A DNA stretch of 28,797 nt from a virus (taxonomy: Duplodnaviria > Caudoviricetes). The position numbers were made by a program, and so were the translations under genes. A model generated the notes under the pieces. The model did no database searches, had not been told where the DNA came from, and saw nothing but the letters and a program-made list of their open reading frames with translations. Position 1 is the stretch's first letter, and every line of letters starts with the position of its first letter. The DNA lies in IMG/VR virus record IMGVR_UViG_3300020432_000037, positions 1-28,797 of that record; one strand, written 5' to 3'. This document shows, one piece after another, positions 17,201-26,300 of the stretch.

Positions 17201-20200
17201 TAACACCAATTCCACTGATTGAAGTTGTTCCAATTCCGATACTCATTGTTGTACCAGCACCAGTTGGTGTATATGTTAATTCTTCACCAGTTTGGAAGAA
17301 GTGATTATTAACAATAAATGTATCATTTGTAACATCAACAACAGCATCATCTGATGAATCAAATACTTTATGGAAAATTGAATCACCATTATGTTCTAAG
17401 TTAAATGAGAACTTAACATCATTTTCCGTTCCAGTGTATGATCCATCATCTGATTTATATCTAGAATTTGTAAATGTGACTAAGCCAACACTATCAGATC
17501 CAGTTTCACTAAAATTATATTGGAATACTTTAGTCGTTATTGCTTTGTTTGCTGGAGGAGTTATACGAAGTTCAATATCACCACCAGTGGCAGATGAATA
17601 ACCAACACCAACAGTTCCAATACCAGATCCATTAAAGTTATCAATATAACCAAATTCTGTAAAGTGTGGAGTAGTTTGATCATGAATTGCAGTAACTTGA
17701 GTAACCGCGTATTGATCATCTGTTGTGTTATGTATTTCAATTAAAGCATCAAATGCTGCATATGTGACAGAATTGATTCCACTGATTCGAGTTGGTTGTG
17801 GGGTCGCTGTTGCTGCAATATTTGTTGTTGTAGTTAAGATTTCAGTTCGTGATATTTCTGTGCTTCCAATTCCAGTCGCAGTGCCACCGATAGCGACTTG
17901 ATGAATTCTCATCGTAACACCAATTCCTGTATGAGGTGTAAAATAAACACTCGTAATTCCAGATCTTACATCTGCACCAAATGTTCCAAGTCCAGCATTT
18001 GGAGAGTTACTTTGAGAAATATTCTCATTAATCATCTGTGCATAATCTAGAAGATATACTTCCTCACTATCATTTAAGACAACCAACTCATTTAATTGAG
18101 TTCTCTCTGCACCACCTAGTTCTTGTGTTTTTATGAATAATTTGCTAGTTGTAATTGCAGTTGATCCAAATCCTACAACTTGAACTGGAGATGGATCTGT
18201 AGAGCCAATACCAGATGAAGTAGAGATAACATCATATCCTGTTCCAATTGATAATGTGCTGACACCACTTTGCACATTTTTAAATGTCTCAATTGCAAAT
18301 AATCTTAACGCATAATTATTGAACTTAAATTTAGCTGGAACGAATCTTAAATTACCAATTACTCCAGAAATATTGAAATCAAATCCACCAAGATCAATCT
18401 CAGTTTCAACACGACCAAAAGGCAATATGTATCCAATCGATCCGTCATGAAGTAAATTAATTTGAATTATCTCTTTTTCTCCAGCAAATCGAGTATCAAA
18501 TATCAATGCATAAAACTTAACGCCGTCAATTTCATTAATATTAAAACCAAATACATCTGAAAATGCGGTTGCACGAGGTAAATCATTAAACTCAGAACTT
18601 ACGCTATCAATAGTTATGACTCTATTAGTTCTTGATTCAATATAATCAGTTAGGATACGATTAGAAAAATTAATCTCATCAGAAGCAAGTGTATCATCAA
18701 TGTCCTTAGAATTTTCGGTAACAAGATCAAAATCATAACTCATATGCATTGACTCATTTTCACTCACTAAATCAGCAACAATCACAACAGGAGAAGATGA
18801 TACTCCAACAGATGCATTTCTTCTATTTTTATCATCAGTAGATGCAGTTGATACAATACTTAGATCTGCAAAGTTTTTAAATCCAACAACGTGTCCAAGA
18901 CTGTTTACTGGATCTTTCCATTTTTCATATGAAATTGGACTTCCTAAAGAATATGAGAATGTTTGATAATAATCATTATCAGCTAATTTTTGTAGTTCTG
19001 TGTTTAACTTTCCTGTTTCTTTTCTAAATCCACTTCTAAATTGAGAATCTGAATCAATATTGAACGTTGAATTAAACTTAGTAGTTTGTTCAATTATTCC
19101 AATTGATTTAGATGATGAACCGTTAATCGATTCGCCAGATTTAAACGTATCATTAGATAATACTTTCAAATACTTATTATCCTCATTCCAAGCAACAACA
19201 GTTCCTACTTTATCACCTGTACTTACTGTTTCTCCAACACTAAAGTTATTTGGTTCAACATTAATATTAAATTGAGCAAGATTTTCAAAAGGTATTGCCT
19301 GTCCCGATGATAAAGACTCACTAAATGTGCCTGGGCTTGTAACTGATGAATCTAAATTATATGATACGGTAGCATTTCCTCCGCCTGGATTTGTGTTCAC
19401 ACCAGTAATTACAAATGGTTCATAATTGTAATCAGTCGAATTATATCCACTTCCTGTTGATCCAATGCCTATATTTTCAACAAATAATTTATCTCCTAAT
19501 ATAAATGGATAGGTTGTTGAATCATAAGATCCTTCAAGAGTTAAAGTTACTAAGTTAACACCACTTGTAAATGATAAATTTTTAATTTTAATTCCGTTAT
19601 TATTATTTGTAGGAACAATTTTTGGATTTGTATCATACAAAGAATTTGTATTTGTCAATAATGTAACTTCAGATACAGAGTTTCCCTGAGTTTTAACGGA
19701 AGTTATAACTTCACTTTTGACATCATTTGTAACTCTATCAATAATAACAATGCTGGGAGGATTAGTGTAATTTTTTCCACCAGAACTAATTCCAATGCTT
19801 GATATTTTAGATAATCTATCTAATCTTAATATTTGTGGTAATTGAACAGATGGTTGAATTGTATTATCTGATGAGTAATCAAAACCAATATTTTTAATGG
19901 TATAATTTCCCAATTTACCAGTTTCATCACTGTTAAGTCTAATTACACCACCTACACCATTTGTAGATCCAATTGAAGTTACAACTGGAATACTTCGATA
20001 ATTTTTACCTTTTGATGTAATTTTAATTTTATCAATTGAACCAGACGCAGTTGTGGATGATGTTGCATATTTTAGAACTGTTGCCTCATTTTTTGTGTAG
20101 CCATCTTTTTCTGGTTGAGATGGTAAAACAAAAGAAAATGTAGTGCTTCCAATTCCTGTAACAACATAACTTCCATTATAATCACTATCTGATATCTTTA

Positions 20201-23200
20201 AACTTGAATAATTGATTACATCAGTGTCAACGATAGGATTTTTCTTAAGTGGAGCGTTAATATTTAAATTAACAGGTGTTAACTTGTAATATAGATCTGA
20301 AGGACTATTTTCAGTTAATAAGAGATCAACTCTTGCGGTAGTTGTCACACCAACAGTTCCAACGCCTACAACTTGGAACCCATCATCCTCTTTGTTATTG
20401 AAATAAGGATTTGTAAAGTTATTGTCTCTGAATAATTCAAAATCAAATACCTGTGTTCTCTTTCCAGATACAACTTGAGTTAGAGAAGTATCAGAAACGG
20501 CAAAACCTACTTTGTATCCACGAGTGAGTGATATTGGTGGATTTACAAGAGCAATTGTATGATCAGATCCAGTTGATGTAAATGATATTGCATCTGGAAC
20601 TATTTTTTTAGATCTAAAAGCAGTTTGACATAATCTAAATGTATTCTTGTCTATCCTTGCTACAAAGTATGTAAAATTATGAAATAGGGGATTTGCTGGA
20701 TTTGATGACTTATAAAGAACCTTGTCACCAGTTTTATATCCATGATCGTTAATTGTAATTGTGTTTTCTTCAGTATCAAAAGCAGAAGCATCAAATTTTA
20801 ATGGATTTACAAATGTTCTTCGAGTTGTATCGTCAAATTGAATGTCGAACGAAGTTGTAATGCCTGGTGTCACATTTAAGGAAACAAAATCATTTGCCTG
20901 TAAGTTATGAGCTTCCTTACACACAACAGTTCCAACAACCTTTTCAACAAAACCTGTAATTTCAGTTTTTGTTGGTTTAAAACTATGAACTTGACCACTT
21001 CCAAAATCATCAAAAAATAATCGATATGCCGTTGAACCAATACCAGTAATTCCTCCAGTAGATCCAATTCCTAAAGCATTAGTTGATATCCCTAATAAAT
21101 CTTTACTTTCTCTAATTGCAAATACTGGTGAATTATTTGTCAATCTAAAGTTAGGCACTGAATCAATTCCATTAGAAACTAAAAGTGGAGTTCCTTCATC
21201 ACTAGAATATATAAGTTTATCTCCAGTTTCAAATCCATGATCTTGTAAGAATATATTTTGAGTTGGTATAAATTTATCTGTTCTTCCACCACCAACAACA
21301 CGATATGTGAAAGTGACAGTTGATCCAATTCCAACTCCGCTCGCTGTTCCTATCGCGACACTTTCAGATGGATTAAAATAATAAGGAACATTTACTCTAG
21401 TTTGAATATCAGTATTAATACCTATTTTAAATTTAATCGCACGATTTAAAGCCGTGATGAGTGACGTGCTAGAGTGAGCGGTTCCAAGAACTCCATCTTG
21501 TTCTCTCTTAACTCTTATCTTATTGTTTACGTTATCAACATTAAGAACAGTCATTCTTTCTGTATTGATACCTATAATATCGTTTGGTGCAATAGCATCT
21601 GGAGTTAAATTGCCTGTAACAGATAGACTTGTAACTATTCCAGTTGCAGCTGTTGTCCCAATTCCTGTGTTTAAAAGTAAGAAAGATGTACTGAAACCAA
21701 TTCTATGTCTTCCATCTAATTGTCTTAAAGAATCTGTTGAGAGACCAGAAACTGTTATTACATCACCAACAACTAAACCATGTGGTTGTGATGACAATCC
21801 AATTACATTTCCATTTGAGTTATTATATGTAAATACTACATCCTCAATCTTAACAACTGTAGAAGCAACTGATACAATTTCTTTTCCTTCAACAAAAGAT
21901 ATCTCACCAGCAAAACCATTTCCTTTATCTAAATTTTTAACTCTTAATTTCTCTTTTACCTGATATCCAGATCCAGAACTTAGTATTTCATACTTATTAA
22001 TTCTGCCAGGAGATGCATAATTAATTTCTATTTCTTGATCTACCTTTTTACGACTATCATGTATTCCTTCATATTCAACACCAGAACTATCAAGTTTATA
22101 TGGATTTGTATTTCTTCTTAAACCTAAAGTGTTTAAATCAATATCTTGGTTGTTAGTTTCAGTAAAGTTCCAAGGATCAGGTTTTGCAGCATAATTAGCA
22201 CCAATTAAATATGGGAATATTGGAGAACGGAAGTTTTTAAATGTTCCACTCGTTTCATTTTCATTTGGATTGATTGTTGCAAAGTAAGCAAATGTTCCAT
22301 TTGGATAATCTGGAGTAACACAATATCTTCCATTATTTTTATCTAAATCACCATTTCCAAGATACTCATAATCTTCAATGAAGAATCCAAGTGGGAAAGT
22401 TGATATTGGTGGCCCATCCTCTCTTGTAGTCTTAAGAGAATATCCAGATCTCATAATTCTTACCTCACCACCATCTCTACGATCATATCCATATGGGCCA
22501 TAAATTGGATTACCGTCATATGCCCAACCAATAATAGGTGAATGATTTAAAGATGGTTGTTCTGCATTGTTTAAAAGATTTAAATCGTTTGATGTATAAT
22601 CAACTGTTCCATCACTATTTTTTTGTTTTAATATTTTTCTAAGACCTCTTGGTACATAGAATGATGTAAATTTAATACCTTCATCATTGTCTCCCCTTGA
22701 TAAAAATCCATCATCATTATAAAATATATCTTCATATCTTTTAACGTTATTAACTGCCCAAGATTTGATTTTTGTCAAGAATACAGCACCAGTGCCAGGA
22801 ATAGTTTCTTCAACAGCGACGGTTGCAGTTGAATATCCAACTCCACCATTATCAATAGTAACTTTATCAACACTACCATTACTGATTGATGAAATAATTT
22901 TTGCACCAACTCCATCACCTAATATTTTTAAATCAGGGGTTGATGTATATTCACCACCAGAACGAGTTACAATTACTGATCGTATTTTTCCATCTGTTAC
23001 TATTGCTTTATATTCTGAAGATGATCCAGATGAAACTCTAACTTGAGGTGGAATACTAAAGTTAAATGTGGAATCATTTCCATATCCAAGGCCAGAATTC
23101 TCTACATTAATAGAAGTAATCGAACCTCTTACGATTGGATTTATAGTTGCATGATAATTCTCAGGTTCTGCTGTGTTTATTCCAATTATTCCTTTTATAT

Positions 23201-26200
23201 TAACAACTATTGGTGGATAGTTAAATATATGTTCTCCAGATCCAATAGATGTCATTCCAACAAATTGTTTTGTTGTATAATTTAAATCTGATAAAGTTGT
23301 TCCGATACCAGCAGATGCAAGTCTAAAACGATCATCATTTACTTTCAACACATAGTAATCTTGATCAGTATCTAAACCACCAATTTTAACTCCATTATTT
23401 GAATAACGAACAATCTCTCCATCTTTAAATCCATGATTTTTGTATTCTATAAAATCAGAATATGTGTTAATACCAGCAGAAGGAATAAGTCTTCTTTTAT
23501 TTTCATACCCTTCGCCAGGATTTTCAATGATAACTTGACCTAAAACTAGCTTCTTTCTTAAACTTTGAAATCTTTGTGATCCATCAGCAAAACCAGTAAG
23601 ATTAATTAAGTTAGATTTTGTTATTGCATCATTTTCGTTATTTGCAAGTTTAATCGTTGTTTGATTAACTTTTGACACAAAATAAATTGATTCATTAACA
23701 AGTCTTTGATCTGGTGTCTCTTGAATCTGATCTGTTGTAATACCAGCACTTGCAATACCTATTGCACCAGTATTGAATGTTTTATAAATTACTGCTTCTC
23801 CATCACGGAACTTATGAAATGTTCCAAATCCAATTGTATCATTAGCGATATTAATTGCGTTACTTGTAGATGATGCATCAAAATCAACAAAATGTTCAAC
23901 TTCTTTTAATCTTGTTCTTGCGATTGCATTTTTACCATTACCACCACTAATTTCAACCACAGGTGGTGACACATAATCAAAGCCAGGATCTATAATATCA
24001 ATTCTTTCAAATTTTCCCTTTACGTTTGCTGTCGCACTAACACCAACACCAGTCAAACTTTCAATTCTTACCTCTGGAGGTGTAATCACATCATATTGAG
24101 ATCCACCTTCTAAAACATCAATAGTTTCAATACCACCAAAAAATATAACATCACCTGACTTATAGTTTGATATCTCTGTACCATTTACTAACATGCCAGT
24201 GGTGCCTGGCGCTGTCTCATATTGTGCCCCATCAAATACTGGGTTAAGTGAAAATCTCTTTAATAATTTTTGATGTTCAAGTTTTTTGTTTACAAGATCA
24301 GGAACAGATATTTTGAATGTTCCACTTCCAGTTGCATCCACAAAATCTCCATTCACAAGATCTGGTAAGGAGTTTGCAAGACGAATATTGTTTGAACTTA
24401 CACGACTTACATAATAATTTTTTCCATCAATTAACTGACCTAAGTAACCATCAATAACATTATATGTTACAACTTCTCCAGAATAGAATCCATGATCTGA
24501 TGCACCTTCTGTTACCTGTATCAACTGTATAAGGTCGCCTCCAGTGGCGCCAGTCCACGTTATAGAACGATCTGGTGCAACTATAGGTTCATTACCTAAA
24601 CTTGGTAAAGATGGTGAAGCAACGTAGGCATGAGGGTGTGGCGGTAATGCCAGTTCGTTATCACTATCATGATCGTATGCGTTTTGAACGTCAGTTATAT
24701 ATTTGTTGATATTAGTATGAAGAGAACTATTACCTTTTTTTAATCTTCTTCTTATAAATGCAATGTTAAATTCACTGATGCCAGGCAAGTCACCTAAAAT
24801 AAATGTTGAACCACTAACAACACTTAAAACACGACCAACTCCCAAAAAACCATTATTAACATCTAAAATTTCAACTGCATCTTCTTCTAAAAATCCATGA
24901 TCAGAAAATGTTATAATATTAAAACTACTACTTGACTGTCTTGTAATACTTTTTAGAGTAAATTTAACACAGGAATTGTAAACATAAGATCCAAAATTGG
25001 CATCCTCAGAACTTTTATTAACACCAAATGATCCAACTCTAATCTTATCTCCTTTATTAAAATAGAATGTGTTATCAGGAATTGGAAAATCTTTTAAGAC
25101 ACCTGTAATTAATACTTCTATTTTATTCGTGCTACTTGCAAAAGAGTATCCGTATGCAACATTATTATATCTTACATCATCACCAATACTTAATTGATCA
25201 GTAGCTGTTGGTAATCCAATAAATTGATTTGCAGTTTTACTTGTATAAGTTACAACTCCAGCAACACTCGCTGTTGGTAATGACAAAGATCCACTTGTAG
25301 GAAATCCAACTGTTGTGTCAACTGTAATTATAGTTGCACCAATTGATACAGGGTCTGTGACACGAGTTCTGCCAGGAACTACAAAGTTACCATCAATCGA
25401 ATCTTGTGATACACTAATTTGATAATAATGTTCTCCTCCATACAAAAAGTCTTTTACATCTGATATCGCACCAGAGGCACCTCGAATATTTTTATCATCC
25501 TCATCAGAATCTTGAAAAAGTGTTGATCCCTTTAAGTTACGAGGATCTCCAGTAATAGGTTTAACAACAAAATCCTGTGCAAAACCATAGTCAGCATCTG
25601 ATGGTTTGATTAAAAAATCAGATGGTTTGATAATATTAACTTCCTTTCCATATAAAGCTCTGAATAAAATTTTATATGATTCTTCTGTTCCTTTTGTGCG
25701 ATAAAAATCTTTAATTTGACGAATAAATTTAACTTGATCTATATCACTGCTTAATTTACGATTCTCAAAACCACTTGCAAAAGTTGTCTTTAATTTACCA
25801 AAAAATTCACGAATAAAAAGATTTGATAAATTATGAACCTTACTACCACCAGTGTGAGATGCACCTACAGTTGTGTTAAAAGATAATAAATCAGGTCTTG
25901 TAGGTTGATCTAAATTATCAACACCACTAAATCCACGAACACAACCAGTAAATGAAGTTGTACCGATTCCAGTGTATGTAATAATTTCATCATCAATTTT
26001 TATCAATCCATACTTACTTGGATACCCCTTTGTTGAATCTACAAAAATTGTGTCTGAATAAGACTCTGTATCTGTTGATAGTCCAGTATATTCGGTAAGT
26101 GCTGCACCAACATATGTTTGTAGTTTAGTATATCTGTCAAGATTCTCAGCAATATTAATTGATCCACCCTGATATTCTTGGGAGATGTAATACTGTTTCA

Positions 26201-26300
26201 TGAAATCCACAAAAAGTGGACTTTCAGATTGTACAAACTCAGGTAACTGGTTCTCAATTACCTGATTGATTTCGACTCTTTGTATTGATGTGTCTATCAT
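14253..26300 (-). CDS. gp7: Giant baseplate wedge initiator (T4 gp7-like, 4015 aa) with many repeated beta modules and a partial YHYH-like domain
   Basis: Lies between gp6 and gp8. N-terminal NQLPEFV...LFVDFMKQYY..QE, IKDFYRTKGTEESYKILFRALYG, and DNDYYQTFSYSL......KWKDPVNSLGHVVGFKNF match the gp7-like pattern of cyanomyoviruses. The ORF is uninterrupted over 12 kb. Confidence 0.8.
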   Translation of the reverse strand: MIDTSIQRVEINQVIENQLPEFVQSESPLFVDFMKQYYISQEYQGGSINIAENLDRYTKLQTYVGAALTEYTGLSTDTESYSDTIFVDSTKGYPSKYGLIKIDDEIITYTGIGTTSFTGCVRGFSGVDNLDQPTRPDLLSFNTTVGASHTGGSKVHNLSNLFIREFFGKLKTTFASGFENRKLSSDIDQVKFIRQIKDFYRTKGTEESYKILFRALYGKEVNIIKPSDFLIKPSDADYGFAQDFVVKPITGDPRNLKGSTLFQDSDEDDKNIRGASGAISDVKDFLYGGEHYYQISVSQDSIDGNFVVPGRTRVTDPVSIGATIITVDTTVGFPTSGSLSLPTASVAGVVTYTSKTANQFIGLPTATDQLSIGDDVRYNNVAYGYSFASSTNKIEVLITGVLKDFPIPDNTFYFNKGDKIRVGSFGVNKSSEDANFGSYVYNSCVKFTLKSITRQSSSSFNIITFSDHGFLEEDAVEILDVNNGFLGVGRVLSVVSGSTFILGDLPGISEFNIAFIRRRLKKGNSSLHTNINKYITDVQNAYDHDSDNELALPPHPHAYVASPSLPSLGNEPIVAPDRSITWTGATGGDLIQLIQVTEGASDHGFYSGEVVTYNVIDGYLGQLIDGKNYYVSRVSSNNIRLANSLPDLVNGDFVDATGSGTFKISVPDLVNKKLEHQKLLKRFSLNPVFDGAQYETAPGTTGMLVNGTEISNYKSGDVIFFGGIETIDVLEGGSQYDVITPPEVRIESLTGVGVSATANVKGKFERIDIIDPGFDYVSPPVVEISGGNGKNAIARTRLKEVEHFVDFDASSTSNAINIANDTIGFGTFHKFRDGEAVIYKTFNTGAIGIASAGITTDQIQETPDQRLVNESIYFVSKVNQTTIKLANNENDAITKSNLINLTGFADGSQRFQSLRKKLVLGQVIIENPGEGYENKRRLIPSAGINTYSDFIEYKNHGFKDGEIVRYSNNGVKIGGLDTDQDYYVLKVNDDRFRLASAGIGTTLSDLNYTTKQFVGMTSIGSGEHIFNYPPIVVNIKGIIGINTAEPENYHATINPIVRGSITSINVENSGLGYGNDSTFNFSIPPQVRVSSGSSSEYKAIVTDGKIRSVIVTRSGGEYTSTPDLKILGDGVGAKIISSISNGSVDKVTIDNGGVGYSTATVAVEETIPGTGAVFLTKIKSWAVNNVKRYEDIFYNDDGFLSRGDNDEGIKFTSFYVPRGLRKILKQKNSDGTVDYTSNDLNLLNNAEQPSLNHSPIIGWAYDGNPIYGPYGYDRRDGGEVRIMRSGYSLKTTREDGPPISTFPLGFFIEDYEYLGNGDLDKNNGRYCVTPDYPNGTFAYFATINPNENETSGTFKNFRSPIFPYLIGANYAAKPDPWNFTETNNQDIDLNTLGLRRNTNPYKLDSSGVEYEGIHDSRKKVDQEIEINYASPGRINKYEILSSGSGYQVKEKLRVKNLDKGNGFAGEISFVEGKEIVSVASTVVKIEDVVFTYNNSNGNVIGLSSQPHGLVVGDVITVSGLSTDSLRQLDGRHRIGFSTSFLLLNTGIGTTAATGIVTSLSVTGNLTPDAIAPNDIIGINTERMTVLNVDNVNNKIRVKREQDGVLGTAHSSTSLITALNRAIKFKIGINTDIQTRVNVPYYFNPSESVAIGTASGVGIGSTVTFTYRVVGGGRTDKFIPTQNIFLQDHGFETGDKLIYSSDEGTPLLVSNGIDSVPNFRLTNNSPVFAIRESKDLLGISTNALGIGSTGGITGIGSTAYRLFFDDFGSGQVHSFKPTKTEITGFVEKVVGTVVCKEAHNLQANDFVSLNVTPGITTSFDIQFDDTTRRTFVNPLKFDASAFDTEENTITINDHGYKTGDKVLYKSSNPANPLFHNFTYFVARIDKNTFRLCQTAFRSKKIVPDAISFTSTGSDHTIALVNPPISLTRGYKVGFAVSDTSLTQVVSGKRTQVFDFELFRDNNFTNPYFNNKEDDGFQVVGVGTVGVTTTARVDLLLTENSPSDLYYKLTPVNLNINAPLKKNPIVDTDVINYSSLKISDSDYNGSYVVTGIGSTTFSFVLPSQPEKDGYTKNEATVLKYATSSTTASGSIDKIKITSKGKNYRSIPVVTSIGSTNGVGGVIRLNSDETGKLGNYTIKNIGFDYSSDNTIQPSVQLPQILRLDRLSKISSIGISSGGKNYTNPPSIVIIDRVTNDVKSEVITSVKTQGNSVSEVTLLTNTNSLYDTNPKIVPTNNNNGIKIKNLSFTSGVNLVTLTLEGSYDSTTYPFILGDKLFVENIGIGSTGSGYNSTDYNYEPFVITGVNTNPGGGNATVSYNLDSSVTSPGTFSESLSSGQAIPFENLAQFNINVEPNNFSVGETVSTGDKVGTVVAWNEDNKYLKVLSNDTFKSGESINGSSSKSIGIIEQTTKFNSTFNIDSDSQFRSGFRKETGKLNTELQKLADNDYYQTFSYSLGSPISYEKWKDPVNSLGHVVGFKNFADLSIVSTASTDDKNRRNASVGVSSSPVVIVADLVSENESMHMSYDFDLVTENSKDIDDTLASDEINFSNRILTDYIESRTNRVITIDSVSSEFNDLPRATAFSDVFGFNINEIDGVKFYALIFDTRFAGEKEIIQINLLHDGSIGYILPFGRVETEIDLGGFDFNISGVIGNLRFVPAKFKFNNYALRLFAIETFKNVQSGVSTLSIGTGYDVISTSSGIGSTDPSPVQVVGFGSTAITTSKLFIKTQELGGAERTQLNELVVLNDSEEVYLLDYAQMINENISQSNSPNAGLGTFGADVRSGITSVYFTPHTGIGVTMRIHQVAIGGTATGIGSTEISRTEILTTTTNIAATATPQPTRISGINSVTYAAFDALIEIHNTTDDQYAVTQVTAIHDQTTPHFTEFGYIDNFNGSGIGTVGVGYSSATGGDIELRITPPANKAITTKVFQYNFSETGSDSVGLVTFTNSRYKSDDGSYTGTENDVKFSFNLEHNGDSIFHKVFDSSDDAVVDVTNDTFIVNNHFFQTGEELTYTPTGAGTTMSIGIGTTSISGIGVTNKLPSTVFAVKVAENKFKLSRTAAEALQTIPKVIDVSAVGVGTTHAFTSKNLNSKALITLDNNIQSPAIQSPVNTTLVSDSLKSSNFITLAGISSFFSGDIIKINNEFMKIDTVGIGGTNILLVRKGQLNSVIEDHSAGDTVTKFLGNYQIVKDTINFTDAPKGSKGPSGLTTTSTFVGRVFTHTGIPGGSQETYSNNFVFDTVQEQFTGISTNFILKSGGSDVTGFATNTGVLLLNEIFQNPNDDYIISETAGITSVSFTGVGVTNSYDVNVSSVPRGGVIVSVGESASFGYQPLVAAGGTAIVSSAGTITSVSIGNSGSGYRVGLQTNILVRAVTSSGVTTIGEANVTAGLVTSVTITNGGSGFSQSSPPNLEFEKPLNYENMRLVGSSTGIGASVSVRVGSASSIISFQITNFGYNYKIDDVLSIEEGGQSGILTDASAGNAFKTFSLTVLDVFNDSFAGFTFGELEKLNTFENLFDGTRRTFPITKTIGAVETPITLRSGKGSPIRVEDNCLVFLNDILQIPFESYVFNGGSQITFLEAPKSDDKVRIYYYRGSEHDVLDVDILETVKTGDSLIINKYPDVGLNDFYQQEPRTVTGITTSDSVTTNTYIDVGITTLRSLQRPVTWKKQIQDVFVNNIGIGKDRVELEPGIRPTAYIIKSVSAGSTEIFTDTAVPLFNQVDDIIEVKQSVLIFDRTTKTGVAATAVVSAAGTISSVVISDGGSGYTVAPHVSIGVTAGIGTIHAGIGTTSTNATAVATVSGVGTISAISVSNAGSGYTNTNPPSVLVESESITQDILTDIKYEGDFGHIVGIGTSTVAGIGTAMQFDLFIPQDSVLRDASVVGSAITVSGISSGYYFTTFETNVGSGLTAYENAIGTSPVGIGTSFLDNIYRVHSAKTIQGPAFGIGATTLRRVTVSVSSTEGIGIGSGFFGKFSWGRLHDFNKKGVSPFTVINNDGITGIKTGPVIIRTRDLKESYN

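Noticed and set aside
2828-23285. All plus-strand ORFs of 62-146 aa in the track
   Set aside because: They are antisense shadows of long minus-strand genes, with no promoters, RBSs or recognisable motifs.
5124-26300. Inteins, introns or homing endonucleases explaining the giant ORF sizes
   Set aside because: I saw no intein splice-junction blocks or LAGLIDADG/HNH/GIY-YIG motifs. The length is accounted for by repeated beta modules.
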